In this document: positions 27,282 to 37,775 of the stretch, piece after piece
How positions within the stretch are numbered: the first letter of the stretch is position 1
Layout: each line of letters starts with the position of its first letter
Source of the DNA: Flavobacteriales bacterium
GTDB taxonomy: Bacteria > Bacteroidota > Bacteroidia > Flavobacteriales_F > PHOS-HE28
Assembly (NCBI GenBank): GCA_016716605.1
Contig: JADJWA010000001.1
Location: 2,805,684 to 2,869,683 of the forward strand
Direction: 5' to 3'
Length of the DNA: 64,000 nucleotides
The notes under the pieces: model-generated
Told to the model about the DNA's origin: nothing
Seen by the model: only the letters and a program-made list of their open reading frames with translations
Database searches by the model: none
Translations under genes and position numbers: made by a program

Positions 27282-30122
27282 ATGAAAAAGTGGGTCAAGC
27301 GCATACTCCTCACGCTCGGGACAATATTCATCCTGCTGCTCGCAGCGGCGGTGCTCATCCCCATCCTGTTCAAGGATAAGATTGAAGCAGCCGTAAAGGC
27401 GGAGGTGAACAAGAGCCTCAATGCCACGGTGAATTGGGGCGCATGGGACATCACCATCCTCAGGAGCTTCCCGAACCTCACGGTGGAAATAGCCGATGTG
27501 AGCGTGCTGAACGCCGCACCATTCGAAGGCGTGGAATTGGCCCGCATCGCTGGCCTTATCGCCACGGTGGACGTCAAGAGCCTCTTCGGTGACAAGATCG
27601 AAGTGAAGCGCATCCAGCTGGTGAAGCCGAACATCCATGTGAAGGTGCTCGAGGACGGCCGCGCGAACTGGGACATCGCCAAGCCGGACACAGCGCAGGC
27701 AGCTGAAGTGGAGCCGGCGGACACCGCGAGCGCATTCCACCTTGGGCTCTCGGAATTCTCGATCACGGACGGTCGATTGATCTACGACGACGCATCCCTC
27801 ACTTTCTCGATGGACCTCTTCGGCCTCGACCTCACTGGCAGCGGTGACATGACCGAAAGCCTGTACACCCTCAAGACCGTGCTGCACGCCGATACGGCTA
27901 ACGTCTCGTTCGACGGCGTGAAGTACCTGCGCCATGTGAAGGCGGATATCACGGCTGACCTCGACATGGACATGCCCAACATGAAGTTCACCTTCCGCGA
28001 GAACGAGGCCACCATCAATCAACTCGTGCTGGGCTTCGATGGCTGGCTGGCCATGCCCGGCGACCCCATCGACATGGACATCACCTGGAACGCCAAGAAG
28101 ACCGACTTCGGCACCCTGCTCTCTTTGGTTCCCGCAGAGTTCGCCACGGATCTGAGCGGCGTGCAGATGAGCGGAAAGGCCGGGTTCAGCGGGCATGTGA
28201 AGGGCAGCATGAGCGACGAGAGCATGCCGGGCTTTGGCGTGGCGATGGACGTTGATCAAGGGCGCTTCAAGTACCCGGACCTTCCGGCGGCCGTGGAGGA
28301 CATCTACATTGACCTGAAGGTGAACAGCCCCGGCGGAAAGGACCTCGACGGCATGGTGGTGGACCTGAAGCGGTTCGCGATGAAGATGGCCGGCAATCCG
28401 GTGGAAGCGCGCATGCACCTCACGCATCCCATCAGCGACCCGAATGTGGATGCGGAGCTGAAGGCCGACCTCGATCTCGCCAGCGTGAAGAAAGTGGTGC
28501 CCATGGAAGGCGACGAGCTGCAGGGCAAGCTCGCAGCCGATGTGCGCATGAAAGGCGCCATGAGCGATGTGGAGGCGCAGCGATACGAGGAGTTCCAGGC
28601 CGATGGGCGCGTGACGCTCGCGGGCATGAACTACGCCTCGGACTCACTGCCGTACGCCGTCGGCATCAAGGCGCTGCAGTTCGATTTCAGCCCGCGCTTC
28701 CTGGCGCTCACCAGCTTCACCGGAAGCCTGGGAAGCAGCAACCTGCAGGCGAACGGCCGCATGGACAATTACATCCAATGGTGGCTGCGCGACAGCACCC
28801 TCATGGGCAGCTTCGACCTCGTGGCGGACAAATTCGACCTGAATGAACTCATGGGTCCGAGTGATTCGCCCGAAGCCGAAAGCGCACCGGCCGACAGCAC
28901 GCCGATGAGCGTGATCGAAGTGCCCGGCAACATCGACTTCCGGATGGGGCTCAAGGCCGGTGAGGTGATCTACGACCAGATGAAGCTCACCAATGTCCGC
29001 GGCGGCATGCATGTGCACGACCAGCGCGTGGACCTGAAGGATGTATTCTTCAACCTGTTCAATGGGTCAGTGGTCATGTCCGGCGGCTATGAGGCGCGCG
29101 ATGTGCAGAAGCCCAGCATCGATTTCCGGTACGATATCAAGGACCTCGACATCCAGCAGACCGTGGCCTATGTGGACCTCGTTCAGAAAGTGGCCCCGAT
29201 CGCCAAGACCTGCAAGGGCAGCTTCAGCACCAGGCTCGACATGAAGGGCCGATTGAACGAGCGCATGGAAGCCGACCTCAATTCGCTCACCGGCGACGGC
29301 ACCCTGGTGACGCGCAATGTGCAGGTGGATGGATTCCAGCCCTTGGTTGACCTCGCGAAGGCGCTCAAGGTGAAGGAGATCGAGAACACGAAGCTCCAGG
29401 ATGTCAGCTTCAGCTACGAATTCAGGGACGGCCGCATGGAGGTGAAGCCATTCAAGGTGAAGATCGATCGCATCCAGAGCGAAGTGAAGGGGAGCACGGG
29501 CTTCGCGCAGCAGGACATCGACTACGACATGAAGGCGAGGGTCCCCACGGACATCTTCGGGTCGAATGCGGCGACCGCGGTGGGCGGGCTGCTCGGCAAG
29601 GCCAATGCGGCCATCGGGTCGAACCTGCAGGTGCCGAAGGAACTCGATGCCACGATCAAGTTCACGGGCACGGTGACCAAGCCCATCGTGAAGCCGGTCT
29701 TCGCGGGTGGAACCACCAGCGTAAAGGATGCCGTGGTCACTGAGGTGAAGGAGGAGATCAACACCCAGATCAACAAGGCCAAGGAAGAGGCGATCGCCCG
29801 CGCGAAGGAGGAGCGTGACAAGCTCATCGCCAAGGCGCAGGCCGAGGCCGATAAGCTCAAGGCCGATGCGCGGCGCGAAGCAGCGGCAGCCAAGGCACAG
29901 GCCTACAAAGCCGCCGACGATGAGCTGGCCAAGGTGTCCAATCCGCTCGCCAAGGCTGCCGCTAGGCTCGTGGCCGACAAGGCCAAGCAGGAGGCCGACA
30001 AGGTTGAGCAGCGCGCCATCGCGGAAGCTGATAAGCGCGCCGACGCGATCGTGGAGGCAGCACGGAAGCAGGGCGATGAACTGGTGAGGAAGGCGGAGGC
30101 CACGGATACGACAGTGAAATGA
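27282..30122 (+). CDS. AsmA-family outer-membrane assembly protein with Lys/Ala/Glu-rich coiled-coil tail
   Basis: N-terminal TM anchor (RILLTLGTIFILLLAAAVLIPILF), a long beta-rich AsmA-like body, and ~120 aa of KAKEEAIARAKEERDKLIAKAQAEADKLKADARRE at the C-terminus. Confidence 0.65.
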   Translation: MKKWVKRILLTLGTIFILLLAAAVLIPILFKDKIEAAVKAEVNKSLNATVNWGAWDITILRSFPNLTVEIADVSVLNAAPFEGVELARIAGLIATVDVKSLFGDKIEVKRIQLVKPNIHVKVLEDGRANWDIAKPDTAQAAEVEPADTASAFHLGLSEFSITDGRLIYDDASLTFSMDLFGLDLTGSGDMTESLYTLKTVLHADTANVSFDGVKYLRHVKADITADLDMDMPNMKFTFRENEATINQLVLGFDGWLAMPGDPIDMDITWNAKKTDFGTLLSLVPAEFATDLSGVQMSGKAGFSGHVKGSMSDESMPGFGVAMDVDQGRFKYPDLPAAVEDIYIDLKVNSPGGKDLDGMVVDLKRFAMKMAGNPVEARMHLTHPISDPNVDAELKADLDLASVKKVVPMEGDELQGKLAADVRMKGAMSDVEAQRYEEFQADGRVTLAGMNYASDSLPYAVGIKALQFDFSPRFLALTSFTGSLGSSNLQANGRMDNYIQWWLRDSTLMGSFDLVADKFDLNELMGPSDSPEAESAPADSTPMSVIEVPGNIDFRMGLKAGEVIYDQMKLTNVRGGMHVHDQRVDLKDVFFNLFNGSVVMSGGYEARDVQKPSIDFRYDIKDLDIQQTVAYVDLVQKVAPIAKTCKGSFSTRLDMKGRLNERMEADLNSLTGDGTLVTRNVQVDGFQPLVDLAKALKVKEIENTKLQDVSFSYEFRDGRMEVKPFKVKIDRIQSEVKGSTGFAQQDIDYDMKARVPTDIFGSNAATAVGGLLGKANAAIGSNLQVPKELDATIKFTGTVTKPIVKPVFAGGTTSVKDAVVTEVKEEINTQINKAKEEAIARAKEERDKLIAKAQAEADKLKADARREAAAAKAQAYKAADDELAKVSNPLAKAAARLVADKAKQEADKVEQRAIAEADKRADAIVEAARKQGDELVRKAEATDTTVK

Positions 30123-32173
30123 GGATTGAAGGTTGGAGCTTGCCGACGTTGAGGGCTGCTGGTTGCACGTTGGCGATGGCCTTTTGCATGGGTGCCGCCA
30201 TGGCCCAGGAAGAGGATCCCTGCGCCATGCCCACCGACAAGAAGATCCTGAAGCTGCTCGACGACGCCGCCAAGGCCAAGGACCCGAAGGAGCGGCACGC
30301 CAAGCTCAAGAGCACCTTGGAGATCGATGCGGAGTGCGTTGAGTGCAAGTACCGGCTGGGCCTCTCCGCCTCGCGGATCGCGCGTGAGGCCGGAAGGGGA
30401 TACGCTCCGGCGATCGCCTACCTCGAGGCCGTGCAGGCCCTATGCCCCAACTACCATAGCGAGGTGGCCTATACGCTCGGCATGATGCGCTACGCCGAAG
30501 GCGATCATGCCGGTGCCGCGCGAGACCTGGAGGCCTTCCGCAAGTTCCCAACGGATGATCCATCGCGCGTGAGCAAGGACTTCGACAAGCAATATGCGGA
30601 GGTGGAGGCGCTGATGCCTGAGCTGCAGTTCTACGCCGACTTCTACCGCAACGCCGGCAGGCTCGATCCGGTGCCCGTGCCCAACGTGAGCACGCCCAAC
30701 GACGAGTACCTGCCCATGCTCTCGCCCGATAATGAGATGCTCTTCTTCACGCGCAAGCGGCAGGTGAAGGCCAAGGGCGATATCATGGCGCGTGAGGTCG
30801 AGGAGCTCATGGAGGCGCGCCGCAAGTCGATCACCGATGAATTCAACACCGGCCGCGTGCTGCCGGATCCCTTCAACAGCGGCGACAGCTACGGCGGTGT
30901 CACCATCAGCCTCAACAACAAGGAGATGTTCGTCACGGTGTGCGGGCCGAAGGATAGCCGGGGCTACAGCAATTGCGACATCCATCGCTCGCACTTCAAC
31001 AGCAAGTTCAATCTGGACGCCGGCGGGCAGGAGTGGGAGTGGGAAGGGCTGGACGAGATCGGCGATGCCGTGAACGGCCCTGGCAGTTGGGAGAGCCAGC
31101 CCAGCCTCAGCGGCGATGGGCGCACCTTGTATTTCGCCACGGCGCGCGAGGGCAGCATGGGCATCGACATCTACTGCTCAACCCGCGAAGGCAAGGGGAA
31201 ATGGTCGCCTGCGCAGCCCGTGCCCGGCATCAATACCGAAGGCGATGAGAAGGCCCCATTCATGCACGCCGACAGCCGCACGTTGTACTTCGCCGCCAAG
31301 CCTGCGGCCAACGGCCAAGGCCACAAAGGCATCGGTGGCTACGACATCTTCTTCAGCAAGCTCAACGACGATGGCACATGGACCAGGCCGCGCAACATCG
31401 GTCATCCGGTCAATACCGATCAGGATGAGCACGGCCTCATCGTGAGCGCCGATGGCCGCACCGCCTTCTTCGCCAGCGCACGGTACAAAGGCGTGGGCGG
31501 GCTCGATATCATGAGCTTCCCGCTGCCCAGCGATGTGCGCCCGGACGAAGTGCTCATCGTGAAAGGCGAGGTGAAGGACGAGAAGGGGCAGGCCGTTCGC
31601 GGAGCCACCGTGGAGGTCAAGTACATGGATAGCCGCAAGACCGAGGTGATCAAAGCCGACAGCGTCGATGGCCGGTACGCCACGGTGCTTCGCCTTAAGG
31701 CCGGCAGCGATGTGGTGGTCACGGTGAAGAAGGAAGGGCATGTCTTCGATTCGCGCAGCTTCGCCATCGAGGACACTGCGCGCAAAGGCGTCGCCCAGGT
31801 TGATATGAGCGTGCAGCGGATCGCAGTGAACCGGAGCTACCGGGTGAATGACATCAACTTCGCCACCAACAGCGCGGAGATCACCAAGAGCAGCGAGTTC
31901 ATCCTCGATGAGCTGATCACCTTCCTCAAGGAGAACCCCAGCATCAGGATCCGCATCGAAGGCCATACGGACAACGTGGGCCAGCTCGCCGACAACATGG
32001 CCTTGAGCAACGACCGCGCATTCACGGTGATGGGCTATTTGCAGGAGAAGGGCATCGCAGCGGCGCGCTTGAGCTTCAAGGGACTCGGGCCTACCAAGCC
32101 GGTGGCCACCAATGATACCCCTGAAGGCCGCGCGCGCAACCGCCGCACCGAGTTCGTGATCGTGGCGCGCTGA
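30119..32173 (+). CDS. OmpA-family protein with TPR and PD40/TolB-like beta-propeller repeats
   Basis: C-terminal OmpA domain (IRIEGHTDNVGQLADNMALSNDRAFTV...RNRRTEFVIV) with upstream WD40-like PD40 repeats. It is coupled to asmA by ATGA. Confidence 0.8.
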   Translation: MRIEGWSLPTLRAAGCTLAMAFCMGAAMAQEEDPCAMPTDKKILKLLDDAAKAKDPKERHAKLKSTLEIDAECVECKYRLGLSASRIAREAGRGYAPAIAYLEAVQALCPNYHSEVAYTLGMMRYAEGDHAGAARDLEAFRKFPTDDPSRVSKDFDKQYAEVEALMPELQFYADFYRNAGRLDPVPVPNVSTPNDEYLPMLSPDNEMLFFTRKRQVKAKGDIMAREVEELMEARRKSITDEFNTGRVLPDPFNSGDSYGGVTISLNNKEMFVTVCGPKDSRGYSNCDIHRSHFNSKFNLDAGGQEWEWEGLDEIGDAVNGPGSWESQPSLSGDGRTLYFATAREGSMGIDIYCSTREGKGKWSPAQPVPGINTEGDEKAPFMHADSRTLYFAAKPAANGQGHKGIGGYDIFFSKLNDDGTWTRPRNIGHPVNTDQDEHGLIVSADGRTAFFASARYKGVGGLDIMSFPLPSDVRPDEVLIVKGEVKDEKGQAVRGATVEVKYMDSRKTEVIKADSVDGRYATVLRLKAGSDVVVTVKKEGHVFDSRSFAIEDTARKGVAQVDMSVQRIAVNRSYRVNDINFATNSAEITKSSEFILDELITFLKENPSIRIRIEGHTDNVGQLADNMALSNDRAFTVMGYLQEKGIAAARLSFKGLGPTKPVATNDTPEGRARNRRTEFVIVAR

Positions 32174-32207
32174 ATCAGCGCTAGATTCGCCTCAAGTTCC
32201 GATCTTC

Positions 32208-34283
32208 ATGCGAGCAGCAATGCTGACGACCGCCTTGGGCATGGCGGTTGCGGCCTACGCCCAGGTGAGCCATGGCGGGCAGCCGGCCGAATGGCTGTAC
32301 CCGAACCTTGACCGCGGAATGCTGGCCACCGTTGACTTCGGTGCGTTGGAACCTGAGGAGGCCGCCCCGGTTGAGGGCGAATTCCGCTATGGGGTGCAGC
32401 GCTTCAAGCGGATCAATGTGCTCGATTCCCTGGGCCGTTGGGATGTGCTCCCTGGCGGTGGCCTCGTCTGCCGGCTGGCGCTGCGCTCGCCCGGCGCCGT
32501 CATGCTCAGCGTGCAATTCGAGGGATGGGAGCTCAACGAAGGTGACCTGGTCTTCCTCTATGATGCAGCCAGGACGCGCTTCATCGGCGGCTTTGATGCC
32601 AGCAACCGCCAATCCGATGGAAGCATGTCCACGGCGGTGCTGCCCGGTGATGAGGTGGTGATCGAGTACCGTGCGCGCAGCCGCCATCACCGGCCGTCGC
32701 AATTGCACGTGGCAAGCATCACCCACGGCACGGTGGACCTGTTCGGTTTCACCGCAGAGTCCGGCGCTGATGAGGATCGTGACATCAATCCTGGCTTCCA
32801 GAGCTCGCCGTGCCAGATCAACGTGATCTGCCCCGAGGCCGCCAACTGGCAGGATGAGAAACGCTCGGTGGCGCTCTTCCTGCGCGCCGATGGCGGCGGC
32901 TGCTCCGGCAACCTGATGAACAACACGCAATCGCCGCGCAAGCCCTACTTCCAGCTGGCCCTCCACTGCTATCAGCCGACAACGCCGAGCTGGGTCTTCT
33001 ACTTCAATTACGAATCGCCGGCCTGTGTGGGCAGCGTGGGGCCCAGCGACCAGACCTTGACCGGATGCACCGTGCGCGCGGCTGATTATTACCGGGATAT
33101 GATGCTCGTGGAGCTCAGCTCGGATCCGCCGTCCAGCTACAATGTGTACTACGCGGGCTGGGACCGCAGCGGGGCCACGCCCCAGTCCACCGTGGTGATC
33201 CAGCATCCCATGTATGATGTGAAGAAGATCGCCTTCAACAACGACCCCAGCACCAGCTACACCGACGCCATCGGCGTGCAGGCCTGGCGCGGCTATTGGG
33301 ACCAAGGGCTCGTTCAGGCCATCTCCAGCGGTTCACCGCTCTTCGACCAGAACCGCCGTTTCATTGGCCACATGTACGATGGTGCGCAAGTGTGCTCCAC
33401 CGCCACCTCCGTGCCCACTGATTGCGCCAAGTTCGGTCCCATGTGGGATGGCCCTTCGCCCGCTGAGCGCATGCGTGATTGGCTGAACCCTGCCAACAAC
33501 CTGACCGTGATGGATGGAGCTTATGCGGTGGCGCCGACCGTGCAGGTACGCCCGCGGGTCTACCTCGAAGGCCCGTACGACACCGGGACCTCCCAGATGA
33601 ACGCCACCCTGCGCGCCAATGGCCTGGTGCCGCTCACGGAGCCCTACACTTCAGCCGGATACAGCCATGTAGGCGGCGGAGGTGGAGAGACCACCACCAG
33701 CACCGTGCTGAATGTGACCGGCAACAATGCCGTGGTCGATTGGGTGGTGGTGGAACTCCGTTCCGCGCTGAACAATGCGCAGGTGCTGGCTACGCGCAGC
33801 GCATTGCTGCAGGCCGATGGCGATATCGTCTCGGCGACCGATGGGAGCTCGGCGGTAGCGTTGAACGTGCCGTCGGGCAGCTATTTCGTGGCGATCCGCC
33901 ACCGGAACCACCTGGGCGTGATGACCGCTTCGGCCGTAGCCTTGACCTCCGCCGCAGCAACGATCGACATGAGCAATGGCTCCATCAGCCTCTTCGGCGG
34001 AGCCGAGGCCACCAAGCCTGTCGGAGGCCGCAACGTGATGTATGCCGGTGATGCGCTGCACGATGGCGTGCTCAAGTACACAGGTACCGGCAACGACCGT
34101 GATCCGATCCTCATCCGTATTGGGGGCACGGTGCCCACGGCCACGGCCAACGGCTATTTCCCGGAAGATGTGAACCTCGATGGCGTGGTGCGCTACACCG
34201 GTACGGGCAACGACCGCGATGCCATCCTGGTGAACATCGGCGGCACGGTGCCCACGGCACTGCGCGCCGCCCAGCTCCCTTGA
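32208..34283 (+). CDS. secreted trypsin-fold serine protease, lysyl-endopeptidase-like, with C-terminal duplicated ~38-aa motif
   Basis: Signal peptide, S1-family hallmarks (GGGCSGNLMNN, ISSGSPLFD), and two C-terminal copies of YTGTGNDRD(P/A)IL..IGGTVPTA. Confidence 0.45.
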   Translation: MRAAMLTTALGMAVAAYAQVSHGGQPAEWLYPNLDRGMLATVDFGALEPEEAAPVEGEFRYGVQRFKRINVLDSLGRWDVLPGGGLVCRLALRSPGAVMLSVQFEGWELNEGDLVFLYDAARTRFIGGFDASNRQSDGSMSTAVLPGDEVVIEYRARSRHHRPSQLHVASITHGTVDLFGFTAESGADEDRDINPGFQSSPCQINVICPEAANWQDEKRSVALFLRADGGGCSGNLMNNTQSPRKPYFQLALHCYQPTTPSWVFYFNYESPACVGSVGPSDQTLTGCTVRAADYYRDMMLVELSSDPPSSYNVYYAGWDRSGATPQSTVVIQHPMYDVKKIAFNNDPSTSYTDAIGVQAWRGYWDQGLVQAISSGSPLFDQNRRFIGHMYDGAQVCSTATSVPTDCAKFGPMWDGPSPAERMRDWLNPANNLTVMDGAYAVAPTVQVRPRVYLEGPYDTGTSQMNATLRANGLVPLTEPYTSAGYSHVGGGGGETTTSTVLNVTGNNAVVDWVVVELRSALNNAQVLATRSALLQADGDIVSATDGSSAVALNVPSGSYFVAIRHRNHLGVMTASAVALTSAAATIDMSNGSISLFGGAEATKPVGGRNVMYAGDALHDGVLKYTGTGNDRDPILIRIGGTVPTATANGYFPEDVNLDGVVRYTGTGNDRDAILVNIGGTVPTALRAAQLP

Positions 34284-34292
34284 TGCCGGTGG

Positions 34293-35039
34293 TCAGCGCT
34301 TGATCAGTCCCGTGCGCGCCATGCGCAGGTTCAGCATCTCCACCGCTACGCTGAAGGCCATGGCGAAGTAGATGTAATTCTTGTTGATGTGCTCGCCCAT
34401 GCCTTCAATGAGCAGCGCCACACCGATCATCACCAGGAAGGCCAGCGCCAGCACCTTCACGGTTGCGTGCTTCTCCACGAAGGAACTGATCGCACCGGCG
34501 GCGAGCATCATCACCACCACAGCGATGATCACGGCCAGCACCATGATGATGATCTCGTTGCTCATGCCCACAGCCGTGATCACTGAATCGATGGAGAAGA
34601 CCATGTCGATGAGGATGATCTGGCCGATCACGGAGGCGAGGCCCTTCGCCTTCTTCACGGCGCCTTCTAGGTGCCCTGCGCCGGTGACCTTCTCATGGAT
34701 CTCCGCGGTGGCCTTGTAGATCAGGAAGAGGCCGCCGAGCAGCAGCACAATATCCCTTCCGCTGAATGCATGATCCAGCACCGTGAAGAAGGGCTTGTCC
34801 AGGCCCATCACCCAGCTCAAGGAGAGCAGCAACACGATGCGGGTGACCATGGCCAAGGCCAGGCCCAGTTGCCTGGCCTTGCGCTGATCCTGCTTGCCGG
34901 AAAGGCTGTTGCTGATGATGGAGATGAAGATGATGTTGTCGATGCCCAGCACGATCTCCAGTGCCGTGAGGGTGAGCAGGGCGACGAGGCCATGCCCGGT
35001 CAGGAGCACGGCGGGGTCGAGGTGGCTGAGTTCGAGCAT
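34293..35039 (-). CDS. TerC-family integral membrane protein
   Basis: LEIVLGIDNIIFISI and a second repeat FSIDSVITAVG are characteristic of TerC/YkoY. Confidence 0.7.
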   Translation of the reverse strand: MLELSHLDPAVLLTGHGLVALLTLTALEIVLGIDNIIFISIISNSLSGKQDQRKARQLGLALAMVTRIVLLLSLSWVMGLDKPFFTVLDHAFSGRDIVLLLGGLFLIYKATAEIHEKVTGAGHLEGAVKKAKGLASVIGQIILIDMVFSIDSVITAVGMSNEIIIMVLAVIIAVVVMMLAAGAISSFVEKHATVKVLALAFLVMIGVALLIEGMGEHINKNYIYFAMAFSVAVEMLNLRMARTGLIKR

Positions 35040-35048
35040 GGCCGCGAA

Positions 35049-36470
35049 TTAATGCGCGGTGCGGTCACTGATGCGCGCGATCACGATCACCTCATTCCGG
35101 TTGACCGGGTTGAGCCAATGAACGATGCGGTCGATCAGGCCGGGCTCCGCACGGCCAAGGACTTCAACCGGACCGTAGCTCGACTCGAAACGCGCGATGC
35201 GTTCTTCGAGCTTGTCCTCGCCGATGAAGAGCACATGATGATCACGGCCGTCCACATGGTCCTTGGCCAAATGCTCGCGCAGGTCGAGCTCCGCGCGGCT
35301 CGGGCCGAAGAGGAAGATGCCCATGTCCCATTGGCCCAGGTAGAAGCGCGGCGGCATGGCGGGCTCCTCGTCGCTGTCCTGCACGATCAGTCCGCCCAAC
35401 GGCCGATGCTCGCGCAGCATCAGCATGGCCTCGATCCGGCTGCGTTTGCTGTAGGTGGTGCTGATCAGGGGCAGCAGCAGCAGGTTCAGCGCCCAGACGA
35501 ACACGAGGGCGCCGCGCCACAGGCTTTCGCGGCGTTTCCACCAGGCCGATGCGGATCGCCATTGCTCCCATGAGGCATGGCCCAGCACGAAGAAGAGCGG
35601 CACGATCGGCAGCAGGAAGCGTTCCTGCTTGTTCGGGAAGTAGGAGTGGATGGCGATGAAGAGCAGCACGGGCAGCGAGAGCACCAAGGGCTTCGCTCGG
35701 CGGAAGAATCCGAAGATCACGGCGAGGCTCAGCGGCGGGATCAGCAGGCCGGCGAGCAGCAGGAGGTAATTGTACCACGGCAGCACGCCGTAGGTGGTGG
35801 TGTTGCTCAGGTTGTAGCGCACGTACTCCGTGATCTCGGCCCAGGGCCTTCCCCAGAGGATCGAATCGATCGCGCCCTGGATCAGCAGGATCGGCAGCAG
35901 CACGCCGGCCCCATAGGCGAGCATCGAATTCCACCGGCGCATGAGCATGAACGCGATGCCCGGGCCCGCCGCGAAGAAGATGGTCTGGAACCGCACATTC
36001 ATGGCCACGCCGATCCATAGTCCGGCGATGAGCGCCGGTCGCCATGCCCGATCCGCGTCGGCATCGAGCAGCCGCAGGCTCCCCACCATCAGCAAAGGGA
36101 TGCACGCCACTTCCACCAGATTGCGCACGCTGAGGAAGGGCATGAAGCAGAACAGCGCGAGGAAGAGGCCGGCCTGCCAAGCTGTGGCCGGACCCGCCAG
36201 CCGCATCGCTATCCGGTAGCCGGCCCGGACCGCGATCAGGCTCCATGCAGCGTGAAGCAGCCGCACCACGAGCATCCAGGAGCGCGGATCCCCGATGCCG
36301 ATGGCATCCAGCGCGCTGAATAGGATGTAGTGCAGGCCCACATAGAAGAAGCTGTGCCCGCTAGGTGAGGCATCGGCACCTTGATTCCAGGGCAGCCAAT
36401 CGTTGTAGTCGAAGCCGGCCACCCAGCTCGCCGCGGCCTCGATCACCAGGAAATGATCGTCGTGCGCCAT
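35049..36470 (-). CDS. GT-C fold membrane glycosyltransferase (ArnT/PMT-like); the start is uncertain and possibly further upstream
   Basis: Multi-TM N-terminal half and soluble C-terminal domain. The ORF is open to 36800, but that would overlap divergent bshA by about 150 nt, so an internal Met at 36470 or a non-ATG start is assumed. Confidence 0.4.
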   Translation of the reverse strand: MAHDDHFLVIEAAASWVAGFDYNDWLPWNQGADASPSGHSFFYVGLHYILFSALDAIGIGDPRSWMLVVRLLHAAWSLIAVRAGYRIAMRLAGPATAWQAGLFLALFCFMPFLSVRNLVEVACIPLLMVGSLRLLDADADRAWRPALIAGLWIGVAMNVRFQTIFFAAGPGIAFMLMRRWNSMLAYGAGVLLPILLIQGAIDSILWGRPWAEITEYVRYNLSNTTTYGVLPWYNYLLLLAGLLIPPLSLAVIFGFFRRAKPLVLSLPVLLFIAIHSYFPNKQERFLLPIVPLFFVLGHASWEQWRSASAWWKRRESLWRGALVFVWALNLLLLPLISTTYSKRSRIEAMLMLREHRPLGGLIVQDSDEEPAMPPRFYLGQWDMGIFLFGPSRAELDLREHLAKDHVDGRDHHVLFIGEDKLEERIARFESSYGPVEVLGRAEPGLIDRIVHWLNPVNRNEVIVIARISDRTAH

Positions 36471-36644
36471 ATAGCCGGGGCTGAAGAGCGCCGCAATCAG
36501 CCGTGGCAGCAGCGCGATGGCGGTGAGCCAGCGCACCGCATGGGCGGGAGGCCCTTCCCAGATTCGTCTCACGGCGCCCAAGATGGCCGCGAAGATCGCA
36601 TCGGCCAGCCACGCGCGCGTGCGATCTTCGCGCCCGGCATTCTC

Positions 36645-37775
36645 ATGCGCATCGGCATTGTCTGTTATCCCACTTTCGGCGGAAGCGGCGTAGTGGCCAC
36701 CGAGCTGGGCATGGCCCTGGCGGAGAAAGGCCACGTCATCCACTTCATCACCTATGATCGGCCCGTGCGGCTGCGCGATCACCCCAACGTGTTCTACCAC
36801 GAGGTTCGCGTAAGCGATTATCCGCTCTTCGATTACCAGCCTTACGAGCTGGTGCTCACCAGCAAGCTAGTTGATGTGGCCAAGTACGAGGGCCTCGACC
36901 TCATGCATGTGCACTACGCCATCCCGCACGCCAGCGCAGCCTGGATGGCTCAGCGCATCCTTGATGCGCAAGGCATGCATGTGCCCTTCATAACCACCCT
37001 GCACGGCACCGATATCACCATCGTGGGTCGCGACCCCAGCTTCGAGCCGGTGATCACCTTCAGCATGGAGCGCAGCAATGCGGTCACGGCGGTGAGCGAG
37101 AGCCTACGCCGCGATACCTTCTCGCACTTCCCGCTCAAGCGCGAGGTGCAGGTGATCCCCAACTTCGTGTGCCTCGATCAGTACCGGCACGAGCCCGACG
37201 CCGCCCTGCGCGCCCGATATGCGCCCAAGGATGAGCGCCTGCTGGTGCACGTCTCCAACTTCCGGCCGGTGAAGCGCGTGGACGATGTGGTGGCCATGTT
37301 CAAACTGCTCCGCCAAAGGGTACCTGCCAGGCTGCTGTTGATCGGCGATGGGCCCGAGCGCCAGCGCATCGAGACGCAATGCCGCCAGGACGGGAGCTGC
37401 GATAGCATTCACTTCCTCGGCAAGATGACGCGTCCGGAAGAGGTGGTGGCCAGTTGCGACCTCTTCGTGCTGCCCAGTGAGACCGAGAGCTTCGGTCTCG
37501 CGGCGCTTGAGGCGATGGCTTGCGGCGTGCCCGTGGTCTGCAGCGATTCAGGTGGCCTGCCCGAGGTGGTCTCGCACGGGGAGAGCGGCTTGCTCTGCCC
37601 GGTGGGCGATGCGCGCGCCATGGCCGATGCAGCGGCCGCCATCCTCAGCGATCCGGCCACGCACGCAGCATACCGCGGAGGGGCGCTGCGCGGTGCAGCG
37701 CGCTTCGACCTGAAGGAAGTGCTGCCGCGTTATGAAGCCCTCTATGGCCAGGTGCTGGCGCAAGTGAGCGCGTGA
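36645..37775 (+). CDS. bshA: GT4 glycosyltransferase, BshA-like N-acetyl-alpha-D-glucosaminyl L-malate synthase
   Basis: MRIGIVCYPTFGGSGVVATELG is the BshA-type N-terminus. E-x7-E GT4 C-terminal region (FGLAALEAMACGVPVV). Confidence 0.6.
   Translation: MRIGIVCYPTFGGSGVVATELGMALAEKGHVIHFITYDRPVRLRDHPNVFYHEVRVSDYPLFDYQPYELVLTSKLVDVAKYEGLDLMHVHYAIPHASAAWMAQRILDAQGMHVPFITTLHGTDITIVGRDPSFEPVITFSMERSNAVTAVSESLRRDTFSHFPLKREVQVIPNFVCLDQYRHEPDAALRARYAPKDERLLVHVSNFRPVKRVDDVVAMFKLLRQRVPARLLLIGDGPERQRIETQCRQDGSCDSIHFLGKMTRPEEVVASCDLFVLPSETESFGLAALEAMACGVPVVCSDSGGLPEVVSHGESGLLCPVGDARAMADAAAAILSDPATHAAYRGGALRGAARFDLKEVLPRYEALYGQVLAQVSA

Noticed and set aside
32181-33305. 374-aa minus-strand ORF
   Set aside because: It is antisense to the protease-like gene 32208..34283, and Ala/Gly/Arg/His-rich. 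The same applies to 31178..31966, 30440..30994, 27267..28427 and 26795..27766.
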